This document shows, in pieces, positions 1-10,111 of a stretch of 64,000 bases of DNA (within the stretch, counting starts at the first letter, position 1; each line of letters opens with the position of its first letter). The position numbers were made by a program, and so were the translations under genes. Under the pieces are notes generated by a model. That model made no database searches. It had not been told where the DNA came from and saw nothing but the letters and a program-made list of their open reading frames with translations. Source of the DNA: Ignavibacteriota bacterium (GTDB lineage Bacteria > Bacteroidota > Ignavibacteria > UBA10030). Location of the stretch: positions 130,675-194,674 of the forward strand of contig CAVSHO010000008.1 in NCBI GenBank assembly GCA_963727825.1. The letters are read 5' to 3'.

Positions 1-1
1 T

Positions 2-481
2 CCGATAGGAAAGGCGAAGGAACTTGAGTGGGGAGCGTTTGTGTACCTGTTTGGGTACCCTTCTGGATATCGGATCGTGACAAAAGCAATCGTCAGCAGT
101 CCTAACCGAGACAAATATGGATCATTCTTGACTGATGCTGTTTTCAGTAGAGGATTCAGTGGCGGCATTGTGCTTGCCATCCGCGATGGCGTTCCGAATT
201 TTGAATTGGTTGGATTGATGAAATTAGTTCCGGGACATCAACAATATTATTTGACTCCTGCTAAGGCAGGGGAACAGGTCGATTTTGATTCCAATATTCC
301 ATTCAAAGGCGATGTTTATGCCGAAAGCCGGATGGATATTATTTATGGCATAGCTCCGGCAATTCCAGCAGAATTGATTGTTGATTTTCTGCAAACAAAT
401 CAGCAGAAACTTATCGACGCAGGATATGATTTACGGTCTTTTCTCGAACGCCCGTCATTCGCAAAACCAGTAAATAAATGA
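2..481 (+). CDS. Trypsin-like serine protease, C-terminal part (5' truncated by window edge)
   Basis: Frame is open from position 2 (PIGKAKELEWGAFVYLFGYP...). It has the GYP motif and the DAVFSRGFSGG catalytic-Ser motif of trypsin-like peptidases. Confidence 0.65.
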   Translation, partial: PIGKAKELEWGAFVYLFGYPSGYRIVTKAIVSSPNRDKYGSFLTDAVFSRGFSGGIVLAIRDGVPNFELVGLMKLVPGHQQYYLTPAKAGEQVDFDSNIPFKGDVYAESRMDIIYGIAPAIPAELIVDFLQTNQQKLIDAGYDLRSFLERPSFAKPVNK

Positions 482-1791
482 ATTTTGTAGAAAGCATACG
501 CAAAGCTGGTGTTGTTGGATGCGGCGGTGCCGGATTTCCATCAGACGTTAAAGCTGCAACGAAAGTAGAGATTGTAGTTGCGAACGGGGCGGAGTGTGAA
601 CCGCTTCTTCACAAAGATTTAGAATTGATGATGCGTGAGCCGGAAGCAATAGTGAGTGGAATGAAACAGTTGATGTCTGTGACCGGTGCGCAACGCGGAA
701 TTATTGGTGTGAAAAAGAAGCATGAAGATAAATTAGATGGAATAAGATTAGCTTTGCACAGTACGAACATCACGTTGCAATTTCTTGGAGATTATTATCC
801 TACAGGCGATGAATATGTGCTTGTTTACGAGACGACGAGACGTCTTATTCCTCCACAGGGAATTCCTCTCGATGTCGGTGTTGTTGTAAACAATGTCGAA
901 ACTCTTCGGAATCTTCATCTCGCAATGCAAGATCATCCATTCATCACAAAATATATTTCCATAGCTGGCGCTGTTGTACATCCTTCCACATTTGAAGTAC
1001 CTGTTGGCATTTCATTCGCCGATGTTATTGAAGCGGCGGGCGGCGCTACAGTTCCTGATTATGCAGTGTTCGTAAGCGGAATAATGATGGGAAAACTCGA
1101 AACAGATCTGGCGCTTCCGGTCACCAAAACCTGCGCGGGATTAGTCATTCTTCCGATGAGTCATCGTCTTGTGCAGAGAAAAAGTTTAACGATGGATGCT
1201 ATGCTTCGTATTGGAAAATCAGCATGTGACCAATGCAGTTTCTGCACGGAGTTCTGTCCTCGCTACTTATTGGGTTACGGAGTTCAACCGCATAAAGTAA
1301 TGAGGAGTCTGTCATTTACAGCCACTGGGGATGATAATTGGAATCAATGGGCTCAATTATGCTGTGCGTGCGGTTTGTGCACATTGTATTCCTGTCCGGA
1401 AGATTTATACCCGAAGGAAGCATGCGATAAGGCAAAAAGTGATTTACTTGCAAAAAGAATAAAATGGAATGGCGACCGTGATGTTCACATTCATCCCATT
1501 TTTAATGGACGGCACGTCCCGTTAAAGAAACTGATAGAAAAACTGGGAATAGGAAAATATGATGTATCGGCGAAATTTGTTGAAAAAAAGTTTATCCCCA
1601 ATCAAGTTCGATTGCCCTTGTTGCAGCATCTTGGAACACCTGCAAAAGCATTAGTGTCCATCGGACAGCAGGTGAATGCCGGCGAAGTTGTAGCGGATAT
1701 ACCAGAAGGAAAACTTGGTGCATGTATTCATGCGAGCATCGATGGAAAAGTGGAAACAATAGATGGCGAGATTGTCATTGAACGAACTTGA
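478..1791 (+). CDS. pduS: PduS/RnfC-like Fe-S flavoprotein (SLBB + 4Fe-4S dicluster), BMC-associated
   Basis: AGVVGCGGAGFPS, NGAECEPLL, CDQCSFCTEFCPRYLLG and CCACGLC..SCP motifs, plus a C-terminal QHLG..A...V..G..V / IHASIDG sandwich domain. Adjacent to a PduT-like gene. Confidence 0.85.
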   Translation: MNFVESIRKAGVVGCGGAGFPSDVKAATKVEIVVANGAECEPLLHKDLELMMREPEAIVSGMKQLMSVTGAQRGIIGVKKKHEDKLDGIRLALHSTNITLQFLGDYYPTGDEYVLVYETTRRLIPPQGIPLDVGVVVNNVETLRNLHLAMQDHPFITKYISIAGAVVHPSTFEVPVGISFADVIEAAGGATVPDYAVFVSGIMMGKLETDLALPVTKTCAGLVILPMSHRLVQRKSLTMDAMLRIGKSACDQCSFCTEFCPRYLLGYGVQPHKVMRSLSFTATGDDNWNQWAQLCCACGLCTLYSCPEDLYPKEACDKAKSDLLAKRIKWNGDRDVHIHPIFNGRHVPLKKLIEKLGIGKYDVSAKFVEKKFIPNQVRLPLLQHLGTPAKALVSIGQQVNAGEVVADIPEGKLGACIHASIDGKVETIDGEIVIERT

Positions 1792-1810
1792 AAGATGAAA
1801 TGACTATGGA

Positions 1811-2362
1811 ATGGAAATGAACGCTATTGGATTAATTGAATTAACAAGTATTGCGGCTGGTTTCAATACTGCTGATGCAATGCTGAAAGCATCATCTGTT
1901 ACATTATTACTTTCGCGCAGCATATGTTCCGGCAAATATATTGTGCTTGTTGGAGGCGATGTGGCAGCCGTCCGTGCAAGTGTTGATGCAGGAAAAGAAG
2001 CAAGTAAAGGGATGATCGTGGATACATTTGTCATTCCCAATGTTCATCAGGATGTATTTCCGGCTATTTCTGGCACTGTACAAATTCAAATGCTCGAAGC
2101 ACTGGGTATTGTAGAATCGTTTAGTGTCGCTTCATTAATCGAAGCGGCGGATGCCGCCGTGAAAACCGCCCGCGTTAAATTGATAGAAATTCGTTTGGCG
2201 ATGGCGCTTGGCGGCAAAGCTTTTGTCACGATGACCGGTGATGTTGCTTCTGTTAAGTCGGCGGTAGATGCGGCGGCGGTGGTGTGTTCAGAACGAGGAT
2301 TATTAGTAAATAAAGTCGTTATTCCAAATCCATGTAAAGAATTGTTGAAAGAAATTGTCTAA
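1811..2362 (+). CDS. pduT: Tandem-domain BMC shell protein (BMC-T, PduT-like)
   Basis: Two BMC domains (AIGLIELTSIAAG..ADAMLK; ALGIVESFSVASLIEAADAAVK) and an ICSGKY pore cysteine as in PduT. Confidence 0.9.
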   Translation: MEMNAIGLIELTSIAAGFNTADAMLKASSVTLLLSRSICSGKYIVLVGGDVAAVRASVDAGKEASKGMIVDTFVIPNVHQDVFPAISGTVQIQMLEALGIVESFSVASLIEAADAAVKTARVKLIEIRLAMALGGKAFVTMTGDVASVKSAVDAAAVVCSERGLLVNKVVIPNPCKELLKEIV

Positions 2363-2406
2363 TTTCCCAAAATGAACTTTTTTCTATTTCCAACGTAGTA
2401 CTGTGC

Positions 2407-3558
2407 GTGAATAGAACATCAAAAACAAATACAATGCCTCCTCGATTGCCTCTTTTCCTTCAAAGCTTGCACAACATTCTTACCCGCGATCTAACGTGGG
2501 ATGATCTGAATAAGTCACTTAACGAAGACATGCGTGGAATGTACGAATTCTATGCACGCAGTATGAAATCCGTTGAGGGAGAACGAAATGGAATTAAACG
2601 ATCGATTAAATTCGTATGGCATCTCTTTGTTGCCTTCCTATTAAAACTCACGCCGCCGCGACGATTAATGTATGCCATCGCCTTTGTGTTTATTATTGTT
2701 GCAATGTCAGAGGGCAAGGCTGCATCCGCGATATATTCTTTTATCATCGTTACATTTTTATTGGCGATGGAACTTGCTGACAAACTAATTACAAAGGATG
2801 AGTTGAGTGTTGCACGAGACATTCAACTTAGTCTTCAGCCGACCAGTGACGTGAAGATTGCCGGATATGAACACGTCGCGCATAGCGAAGCGGCGAAGCA
2901 AGTCGGCGGTGATTATTATGATATTCTCAATCTTCCGGATTCCAGTACTTTGGCTATTATTGGAGATGTTTCCGGGAAAGGTATTTCATCGGCGCTTTAT
3001 GTGGTGAAGATGCAGACCGCTCTTCAGCTCTTTGCAACTGAAACAAACGATCCACGAGAATTGCTTATTCGGCTTAATTCGCATGTTTACGGGCAGCTTA
3101 AACGAAATTATTTCCTTTCACTATTCTTGGTAAAGCTGTATTCAGATGGAAATGTGGAATTGTGCCGCGCAGGTCATCCACCGGCGTTGTTGCGCAGAGC
3201 GGTTGATAATTCTGTTACTTGGCTGAAGCCAAATGGCATTGCTGTCGGAATGGCTCCCTCATCTAATGGCGGAGTTGACTCTCAACAGAAGATTACTTGT
3301 TTTAGTAGTTCACTTGAAACGCAGTCTATTAAATTGGAGCAAGGCGATGTTCTTTTCCTTTTTACAGATGGCGTGATCGAATCGGTTGATACAGACGGGA
3401 AAGAATATGGGCTGGATCGAATTGCTGAGTTGATAAAATATTGCTCAGGAGAAGCCATAGAACAAATGCGGCAATATATTATTACCGAACTTTCTCGATA
3501 TCGTGCAGGAACAGACCTGAGAGACGACACTACATTTGTGCTGTTAAAGCGGACGTAG
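2407..3558 (+). CDS. Membrane-anchored PP2C/SpoIIE-family phosphatase (RsbU-like)
   Basis: ARDIQ, VGGDYYD, IGDVSGKG, RAGH, FTDGVIE and DDTT motifs; N-terminal hydrophobic helices. Confidence 0.9.
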   Translation: MNRTSKTNTMPPRLPLFLQSLHNILTRDLTWDDLNKSLNEDMRGMYEFYARSMKSVEGERNGIKRSIKFVWHLFVAFLLKLTPPRRLMYAIAFVFIIVAMSEGKAASAIYSFIIVTFLLAMELADKLITKDELSVARDIQLSLQPTSDVKIAGYEHVAHSEAAKQVGGDYYDILNLPDSSTLAIIGDVSGKGISSALYVVKMQTALQLFATETNDPRELLIRLNSHVYGQLKRNYFLSLFLVKLYSDGNVELCRAGHPPALLRRAVDNSVTWLKPNGIAVGMAPSSNGGVDSQQKITCFSSSLETQSIKLEQGDVLFLFTDGVIESVDTDGKEYGLDRIAELIKYCSGEAIEQMRQYIITELSRYRAGTDLRDDTTFVLLKRT

Positions 3559-3562
3559 CTAA

Positions 3563-4285
3563 TTACGGATTCTTCTTGTCGGCGGAAGACTTGCCTAAAC
3601 CATTCTGTACCCTTAGTAATTCACTCACTTTCAAAAATATGAATCCTTTAGCGTGAAGTGCTTGAATAATTTCTGGCAATGCTTCGGATGTGTGCCAACC
3701 ACGACCATTCACGTGCATCACTATAATACTACCATTTCGCACACAAGAAACGACGTAATGAATAAGGCGTTCTCGCGAGATTGTAGAGTCTGGATCGCCG
3801 GATGCGAGATCGTACATCACCGTTGTGAGACCAATATTATTTACGATATTTTCTATTCGTTGATCTGTCTCACCATACGGCGGTCGAAATAGTTTTGACG
3901 AAGCTCCAGTAATATGTCTCAATAAAGATTCCGTTTGTTCCAATTCTTGCCTAATACTATCCTCAGAGATATTTAAACAGTGCGGATGCGAAAAACTGTG
4001 ATTGCCTAACTCAAATTCTGGCACTAATGCAAGTTTCTTCACCTCGTTTTTGTGTTTTATAATCCATTTGCCGCTTAGAAAAAACGTCGCAGGCACCCCA
4101 GAATCGACAAGAATTTGAACTATGCGTGCATCAAATCCGCCGTGTGTGGAAGAAGGGCATGCATCGAACGTCAGGGCAATTTTCTTTTCATGCCTGGAAC
4201 CATGAAATAGTGCTTGTGCATCGGCTTGTATAGATTGCAATAAAATAATGCCAAGAATAATGATAAAACGGGAAAACGGTATCAT
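3563..4285 (-). CDS. Polysaccharide deacetylase (NodB/CE4) with signal peptide
   Basis: IALTFDA, ATFFLSG, NHSFSHPH, LFRPPYG and IIVMH motifs. Confidence 0.9.
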   Translation of the reverse strand: MIPFSRFIIILGIILLQSIQADAQALFHGSRHEKKIALTFDACPSSTHGGFDARIVQILVDSGVPATFFLSGKWIIKHKNEVKKLALVPEFELGNHSFSHPHCLNISEDSIRQELEQTESLLRHITGASSKLFRPPYGETDQRIENIVNNIGLTTVMYDLASGDPDSTISRERLIHYVVSCVRNGSIIVMHVNGRGWHTSEALPEIIQALHAKGFIFLKVSELLRVQNGLGKSSADKKNP

Positions 4286-4308
4286 AAATTATAAAAGTTA
4301 GTGTATAT

Positions 4309-4337
4309 AAAAATGCCTCTTGTTAAATCAAGAGGCA
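4309..4337 (-). terminator. Rho-independent terminator downstream of the small ORF
   Basis: Minus strand TGCCTCTTG-ATTTAA-CAAGAGGCA followed by TTTTT. Confidence 0.65.
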
Positions 4338-4364
4338 AGTATTTAGTTCAATATATATTCATGT

Positions 4365-4538
4365 CTAATGAAATGAATGTCCTCCTCGAACATGACCTGC
4401 CGTAACACTCAAGCCAATGCGTTGTCGGTTCGTTATTTGATTTTTGAGTTTTAACTTGAACTCTGTGCTTCCCAGTCTATGCTGGAGCATTTTGTTGTTT
4501 TTTTGCTCCTTTGGCGTCTGTAAGTTTGTAGATTTCAT
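4365..4538 (-). CDS. Small basic hypothetical protein (57 aa)
   Basis: ATG preceded by a strong SD (AAGGAGGAGTTA-ATG) and followed by its own terminator. No recognisable family. Confidence 0.5.
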   Translation of the reverse strand: MKSTNLQTPKEQKNNKMLQHRLGSTEFKLKLKNQITNRQRIGLSVTAGHVRGGHSFH

Positions 4539-4643
4539 TAACTCCTCCTTATGTTTATAAAAGAATGAACTAATGAATTTAGTTATCTGCAAAATGATAC
4601 TGACTTGCTAACTAATTGTCAAGTGATTGCATATAATTTATAT

Positions 4644-4672
4644 TTGCTCGGCGGACACTTTTTCTCTATATT
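4644..4672 (+). promoter_or_regulatory. sigma70-like promoter of tRNA-Thr
   Basis: TTGCTC-17 nt-TATATT about 20 nt upstream of the tRNA. Confidence 0.55.
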
Positions 4673-4691
4673 TCAATATGGAATGATAAGC

Positions 4692-4763
4692 GCTGAAGTA
4701 GCTCAGTGGTAGAGCAGCGGTTTCGTAAACCGCAGGTCGTGGGTTCAACTCCCACCTTCAGCT
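4692..4763 (+). tRNA. tRNA-Thr(CGT)
   Basis: GCTGAAG/CTTCAGC acceptor stem, anticodon arm GCGGT-TTCGTAA-ACCGC, T-arm GTGGGTTCAACTCCCAC. CCA not encoded. Confidence 0.97.
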
Positions 4764-4892
4764 CTAAATCTCGGTTACTTAAATTCAACTATCTTTCAAA
4801 GGCGGTCATTTTTCTTTGACATTATTAGGTATTACAACTTTGCAACTTTCCTTACAACCGAATTATCTTTCCAATAAATGAGGATTGGCACT

Positions 4893-5258
4893 ATGGTAAC
4901 AACAATTCTGGTCGTTGACGACGAAGATGCTGTCCGAAAATCAATCGCCTTTGCATTGAAACAAAAAAGAGGATTTGATGTCCTTGAAGCTGGAGATGGT
5001 CTTGTTGGCCTTGAACTCGCCAAAAGGCAAAAACCAGACCTTATAATTAGCGATGTGATCATGGATAATTTAAATGGATTTATGATGTTGGAATCATTGC
5101 GTGAGGATCCAGAGACTGCCCAGATTCCGGTTATTATGATGACAACTCCTGCCCTAGGCGCAGGAGCTTGGAAATCCGGTGTTGCAACAGAATATCTAGA
5201 GAAAGGATTTACCTTAGATGAACTTCTCGTTGTTGTTGATAAAGTCTTAAAGATTTAA
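4893..5258 (+). CDS. Single-domain response regulator (CheY-like receiver)
   Basis: ILVVDD, PDLIISD (phospho-Asp), IPVIMMT and conserved Lys. Confidence 0.9.
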   Translation: MVTTILVVDDEDAVRKSIAFALKQKRGFDVLEAGDGLVGLELAKRQKPDLIISDVIMDNLNGFMMLESLREDPETAQIPVIMMTTPALGAGAWKSGVATEYLEKGFTLDELLVVVDKVLKI

Positions 5259-5422
5259 TCTACTCACGGAGTAAGCTGTTCTTGATATATTTAGGGGTTT
5301 TTGGAAACTAAAGAAAAATTATAATTCAAATCTTAACTTCTACCTTCATATAAACATGAATTTATTATCAATCCGCCACAGGCGGTTTATTTTTGTCTTT
5401 TATAATAAAATGATTATTCACA

Positions 5423-5986
5423 ATGTCATTTTTTGAAATTATTCTTATAGCGCTCGGTTTAGCGGCGGATGCATTTGCGGTTTCAATAGCTGCCGGAGCA
5501 ACAGGTGCAATGCGCGGGCATCGCGCTATGCTGCGATTATCGTTTCATTTTGGACTTTTTCAATTCATAATGCCCATTCTTGGTTGGTTAGTAGGTCTCA
5601 GTATTGAAAGATATGTCCAATCATTCGATCACTGGATTGTGTTTGGACTGCTTACCTGGGTTGCTGTCCGAATGATTCGATCTGCACGAGCAGACGAGAA
5701 AAGCGTTTTTCGACAAGATCCAAGTCGGGGAACGATGTTAATAGTTCTTTCGGTAGCGACAAGCTTGGATGCGTTGGCGATTGGATTGAGTTTGGCGCTT
5801 TTGCGAGTCTCCATCTGGTATCCCTCAGCTGTGATCGGTGTTGTTACTGGTGCGACATCATTCATCGGTATTTTGCTTGGTCAAAGATTTTCAAAAAAAT
5901 TCGGTAGAAGGGCAGCAGAAGTGGGAGGTGCGTTACTTATTGCTATTGGCGTCAGAATTCTTTTAGCTCACATTTTTTCTCTCTGA
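5423..5986 (+). CDS. mntP: Manganese efflux pump MntP
   Basis: LAADAFAVS, FQFIMP, DHWIVF and ATSLDALAIG motifs of the DUF204/MntP family. Confidence 0.9.
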   Translation: MSFFEIILIALGLAADAFAVSIAAGATGAMRGHRAMLRLSFHFGLFQFIMPILGWLVGLSIERYVQSFDHWIVFGLLTWVAVRMIRSARADEKSVFRQDPSRGTMLIVLSVATSLDALAIGLSLALLRVSIWYPSAVIGVVTGATSFIGILLGQRFSKKFGRRAAEVGGALLIAIGVRILLAHIFSL

Positions 5987-6022
5987 ATCCTGCTGTCGCT
6001 AAAAGAGTATACAAGAAAAAAT

Positions 6023-6133
6023 GGTAGTGTCTCAGTTTCGTGCGGTCAGGACTTACGTCCTGACCGATCCTGTTGGATGTCAGGAGGAAACTCCTGACAT
6101 CACTCGCCATTAACATTAAATTGAGACACTACC
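6023..6133. mobile_element. 111-bp MITE (IS1-like ends) with 8-bp target-site duplication and two internal hairpins
   Basis: TIRs GGTAGTGTCTCAGTTT / AAATTGAGACACTACC (15/16 match). Flanking direct repeat GAAAAAAT at 6015-6022 and 6134-6141. No ORF. Confidence 0.85.
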
Positions 6134-6195
6134 GAAAAAATGATTGATTGTGGTGGCATCTTTTCATAATTTAATTTGGCTTTATAGTTTTTTGA

Positions 6196-7614
<1,419 letters not shown>

Positions 7615-7616
7615 TT

Positions 7617-8027
7617 ATGGCAGATAAGACTTTCCATTTGGAAATTGTGACACCAAAACGTATTGCGTTCAAAGGTGAAGTCGTAAGTTTTAGTGCGCCG
7701 GGCGTTGACGGTGGATTTCAAGTCCTTCATAGTCATGCACCATTACTTGCATCCGTGAAGATTGGAAAAGTAAAGATTATCGAGACTAGCGGAACTGAAT
7801 CTCACTATGCTATTTCAGGTGGGTTTGTTGAAGTGAGAGAGAACAACGTAATTCTATTGGCAGAAACGGCTGAGCGGACGGATGAAATTGACGTAGAGCG
7901 AGTGAAAGCGGCGCGCGATCGTGCATTGAAACGGTTAGCTGAAAAATATCCCAATACCGATATTGAACGTGCAAAACTGGCTCTTTATCGTGCCCTAAAC
8001 CGTTTAAAGATTGCCGACGCAAATTAA
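7617..8027 (+). CDS. atpC: F1 ATP synthase epsilon subunit
   Basis: LEIVTP, G.FQVL..HAPL, SGGFVEV; follows atpD. Confidence 0.97.
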   Translation: MADKTFHLEIVTPKRIAFKGEVVSFSAPGVDGGFQVLHSHAPLLASVKIGKVKIIETSGTESHYAISGGFVEVRENNVILLAETAERTDEIDVERVKAARDRALKRLAEKYPNTDIERAKLALYRALNRLKIADAN

Positions 8028-8031
8028 CTTG

Positions 8032-8063
8032 AAACCCACCGAGAAATTCAGTGGGTTTTATTT
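8032..8063 (+). terminator. Terminator after atpC
   Basis: AAACCCAC...GTGGGTTT hairpin followed by a T-rich tract. Confidence 0.6.
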
Positions 8064-8091
8064 GTTAGAAATTCCGGTATAGGAATCAGAA

Positions 8092-9243
8092 ATGATTGCG
8101 GGAATTGAAACCTATAAGAACAGGCCTACGCGTGCAGAAATATCATTTGAAAATTTGCGCAATAATTTTTCTATCGTCAAATCATTAATAAACAAAGATG
8201 TAAAAATAATGGCGATGGTGAAGGCAAATGCGTATGGGCATGGGCTTTATGAAATTTCCAGCGAGCTTTTAAACCAAGGCGTTGACTATTTAGGGGTAGC
8301 AGTTCTCGAAGAGGGAGTATATTTACGAGAACGTGGAATTACCGCCCCAATTCTTGTGCTTGGGTCAATCAATGTAGACCAAATTGCTGATTTTATTACT
8401 CATGACATTGAAATTACAAGCTCATCAATTGACAAATCGATTGCCATTGCCGCTGTGGCAAAAGAGATGCGGAAAGCCGCATCGGTTCATTTAAAAATCG
8501 ATACCGGAATGGAACGAATCGGTGTACATTGGTATAATGCCAAACAATTCATCGAAAAATCATACGAGTTGGAATCAATCAAGATAAAAGGTATATTCTC
8601 GCATCTGGCAAAGGCAGAATCGGATGCCGATTTTACGGTACAACAATTGAACCGCTTTGAATCGGTATTAAATAGCATGGAGAAAAAGGGGCTTCTCCCC
8701 GAGCTCGTTCACCTTGCCAATTCTGCCGGGATCATAAATTATAAGGATTCGCATTATTCGATGGTGCGGCCGGGAATTATGTTGTACGGATATAACCCGA
8801 ACGGGTATCTGCCAGATGTTACGTTTAACGGGGAAAAATTGAAGCCGGTGATGACGCTGAAAACAAAAGTTTCTTTTTTTAAGGTAGTTCCTGCACATAC
8901 AGGAATAAGTTATAACCATACTTACATTACGAATGATCAAACGCGTATCGTTACGCTTCCCGTAGGATATGGAGACGGATATTTTCGTCTGCTTTCGAAT
9001 AAAGGCGTGGTTATTATTCGTGGAATAAAATATCCAGTGGTAGGATCGGTGTGCATGGATCAATGCATGGTAGATATTGGTATGAGTGGAACTGCGTATA
9101 ACGGCGATGACGTTTTGCTTTTTGGTAATATGGATAACTTTACGATCCCGCTTGAATCCCTCTGCGATAAAATCGGGACGATCACATATGAGTTTCTATG
9201 CGGGATCAGTTCACGTGTTCCACGAATCTATAGGACAATATGA
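8092..9243 (+). CDS. alr: Alanine racemase
   Basis: MVKANAYGHG PLP-lysine motif, HLKIDTGM.RIG, GYGDG and CMDQ. Confidence 0.97.
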   Translation: MIAGIETYKNRPTRAEISFENLRNNFSIVKSLINKDVKIMAMVKANAYGHGLYEISSELLNQGVDYLGVAVLEEGVYLRERGITAPILVLGSINVDQIADFITHDIEITSSSIDKSIAIAAVAKEMRKAASVHLKIDTGMERIGVHWYNAKQFIEKSYELESIKIKGIFSHLAKAESDADFTVQQLNRFESVLNSMEKKGLLPELVHLANSAGIINYKDSHYSMVRPGIMLYGYNPNGYLPDVTFNGEKLKPVMTLKTKVSFFKVVPAHTGISYNHTYITNDQTRIVTLPVGYGDGYFRLLSNKGVVIIRGIKYPVVGSVCMDQCMVDIGMSGTAYNGDDVLLFGNMDNFTIPLESLCDKIGTITYEFLCGISSRVPRIYRTI

Positions 9244-10106
9244 GCCGCACTCAGCAATACATCTCCATTCTTCTCGAGCGTTTGCCAAAATATGAACTTC
9301 GCTCGTACGAACATCAGACTACTCTTGATCGAATTCGTGATCGAGTTTCGTCCACTTCAGATATTCATGCAGAGCTTCTAAAACTGTATCAAGTAAAGGG
9401 CTGTGCTGATTTTGCCCTTAGTTTAATGTGGATTGCGGACAAAGTAGAGAAGGATTCTACTAAAGAAGAATCAACGATCGATGAAGAGACGCTCGTGTTT
9501 TCTAAGTTCCGACAGGCAGTTGGAGATGTATCAACCCCGGAGCAAGAATCGAATTCTGACGGAACGACATTTGACACTCCTGGTTCGCAAGAATTTGGAT
9601 CGATACCGTCATCTGAGCCAAAATTAGAATTCGATCTTTCATCACCGCCGGAATTTGGATCAATTCCTGCACCGGAGCCGACAATAGATGCGATTTTTGG
9701 TACGGCAGAACAAGCTCCTGAAATAACACAGTCGACGAGTGGCGGTTCAACTTCTGAAAATAAACAAGAACTTAGTTTTGCACTCTTGCTGGAACAATTT
9801 TTAGAAGCCGTACAAAGCGGCAATGATGTCCGAACAAAGTTGTTATCTGATATTTTAAGCGAATGCAATACAGTACTTGCCTCTGGCTCTGAACCAGAAG
9901 ATTACAAGCAGTTTTGTAAGTTGCTTACGGAATTTCTTCAGTATATCTCAAATAACCAATACCTCGATGATGTCCGCGTGATGAATATCCTTTCCAATAT
10001 TCAAGATCCATTCGCTCAATGGGCACGAAGCAAACCAAACGATCGAACTGGCGTCTTGGATTCGGTAAATGATATTCTCCGCGATTTTAAAACAATGTTT
10101 GAATAG
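9240..10106 (+). CDS. Hypothetical protein with acidic low-complexity linker
   Basis: 288-aa ORF overlapping the alr stop. Internal EFGSIP..EP repeat. Confidence 0.7.
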   Translation: MSRTQQYISILLERLPKYELRSYEHQTTLDRIRDRVSSTSDIHAELLKLYQVKGCADFALSLMWIADKVEKDSTKEESTIDEETLVFSKFRQAVGDVSTPEQESNSDGTTFDTPGSQEFGSIPSSEPKLEFDLSSPPEFGSIPAPEPTIDAIFGTAEQAPEITQSTSGGSTSENKQELSFALLLEQFLEAVQSGNDVRTKLLSDILSECNTVLASGSEPEDYKQFCKLLTEFLQYISNNQYLDDVRVMNILSNIQDPFAQWARSKPNDRTGVLDSVNDILRDFKTMFE

Positions 10107-10111
10107 GGAAT

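Noticed and set aside
5373-5385. Short palindrome CCGCC-ACA-GGCGG
   Set aside because: 5-bp stem followed by Ts. It could be a weak terminator or a miniature repeat but is too short to call.
5259-5422. Possible yybP-ykoY Mn riboswitch upstream of mntP
   Set aside because: Only a weak GGAGTAAGC resemblance. I could not find the rest of the consensus or a pairing scheme; an Rfam scan would be needed.
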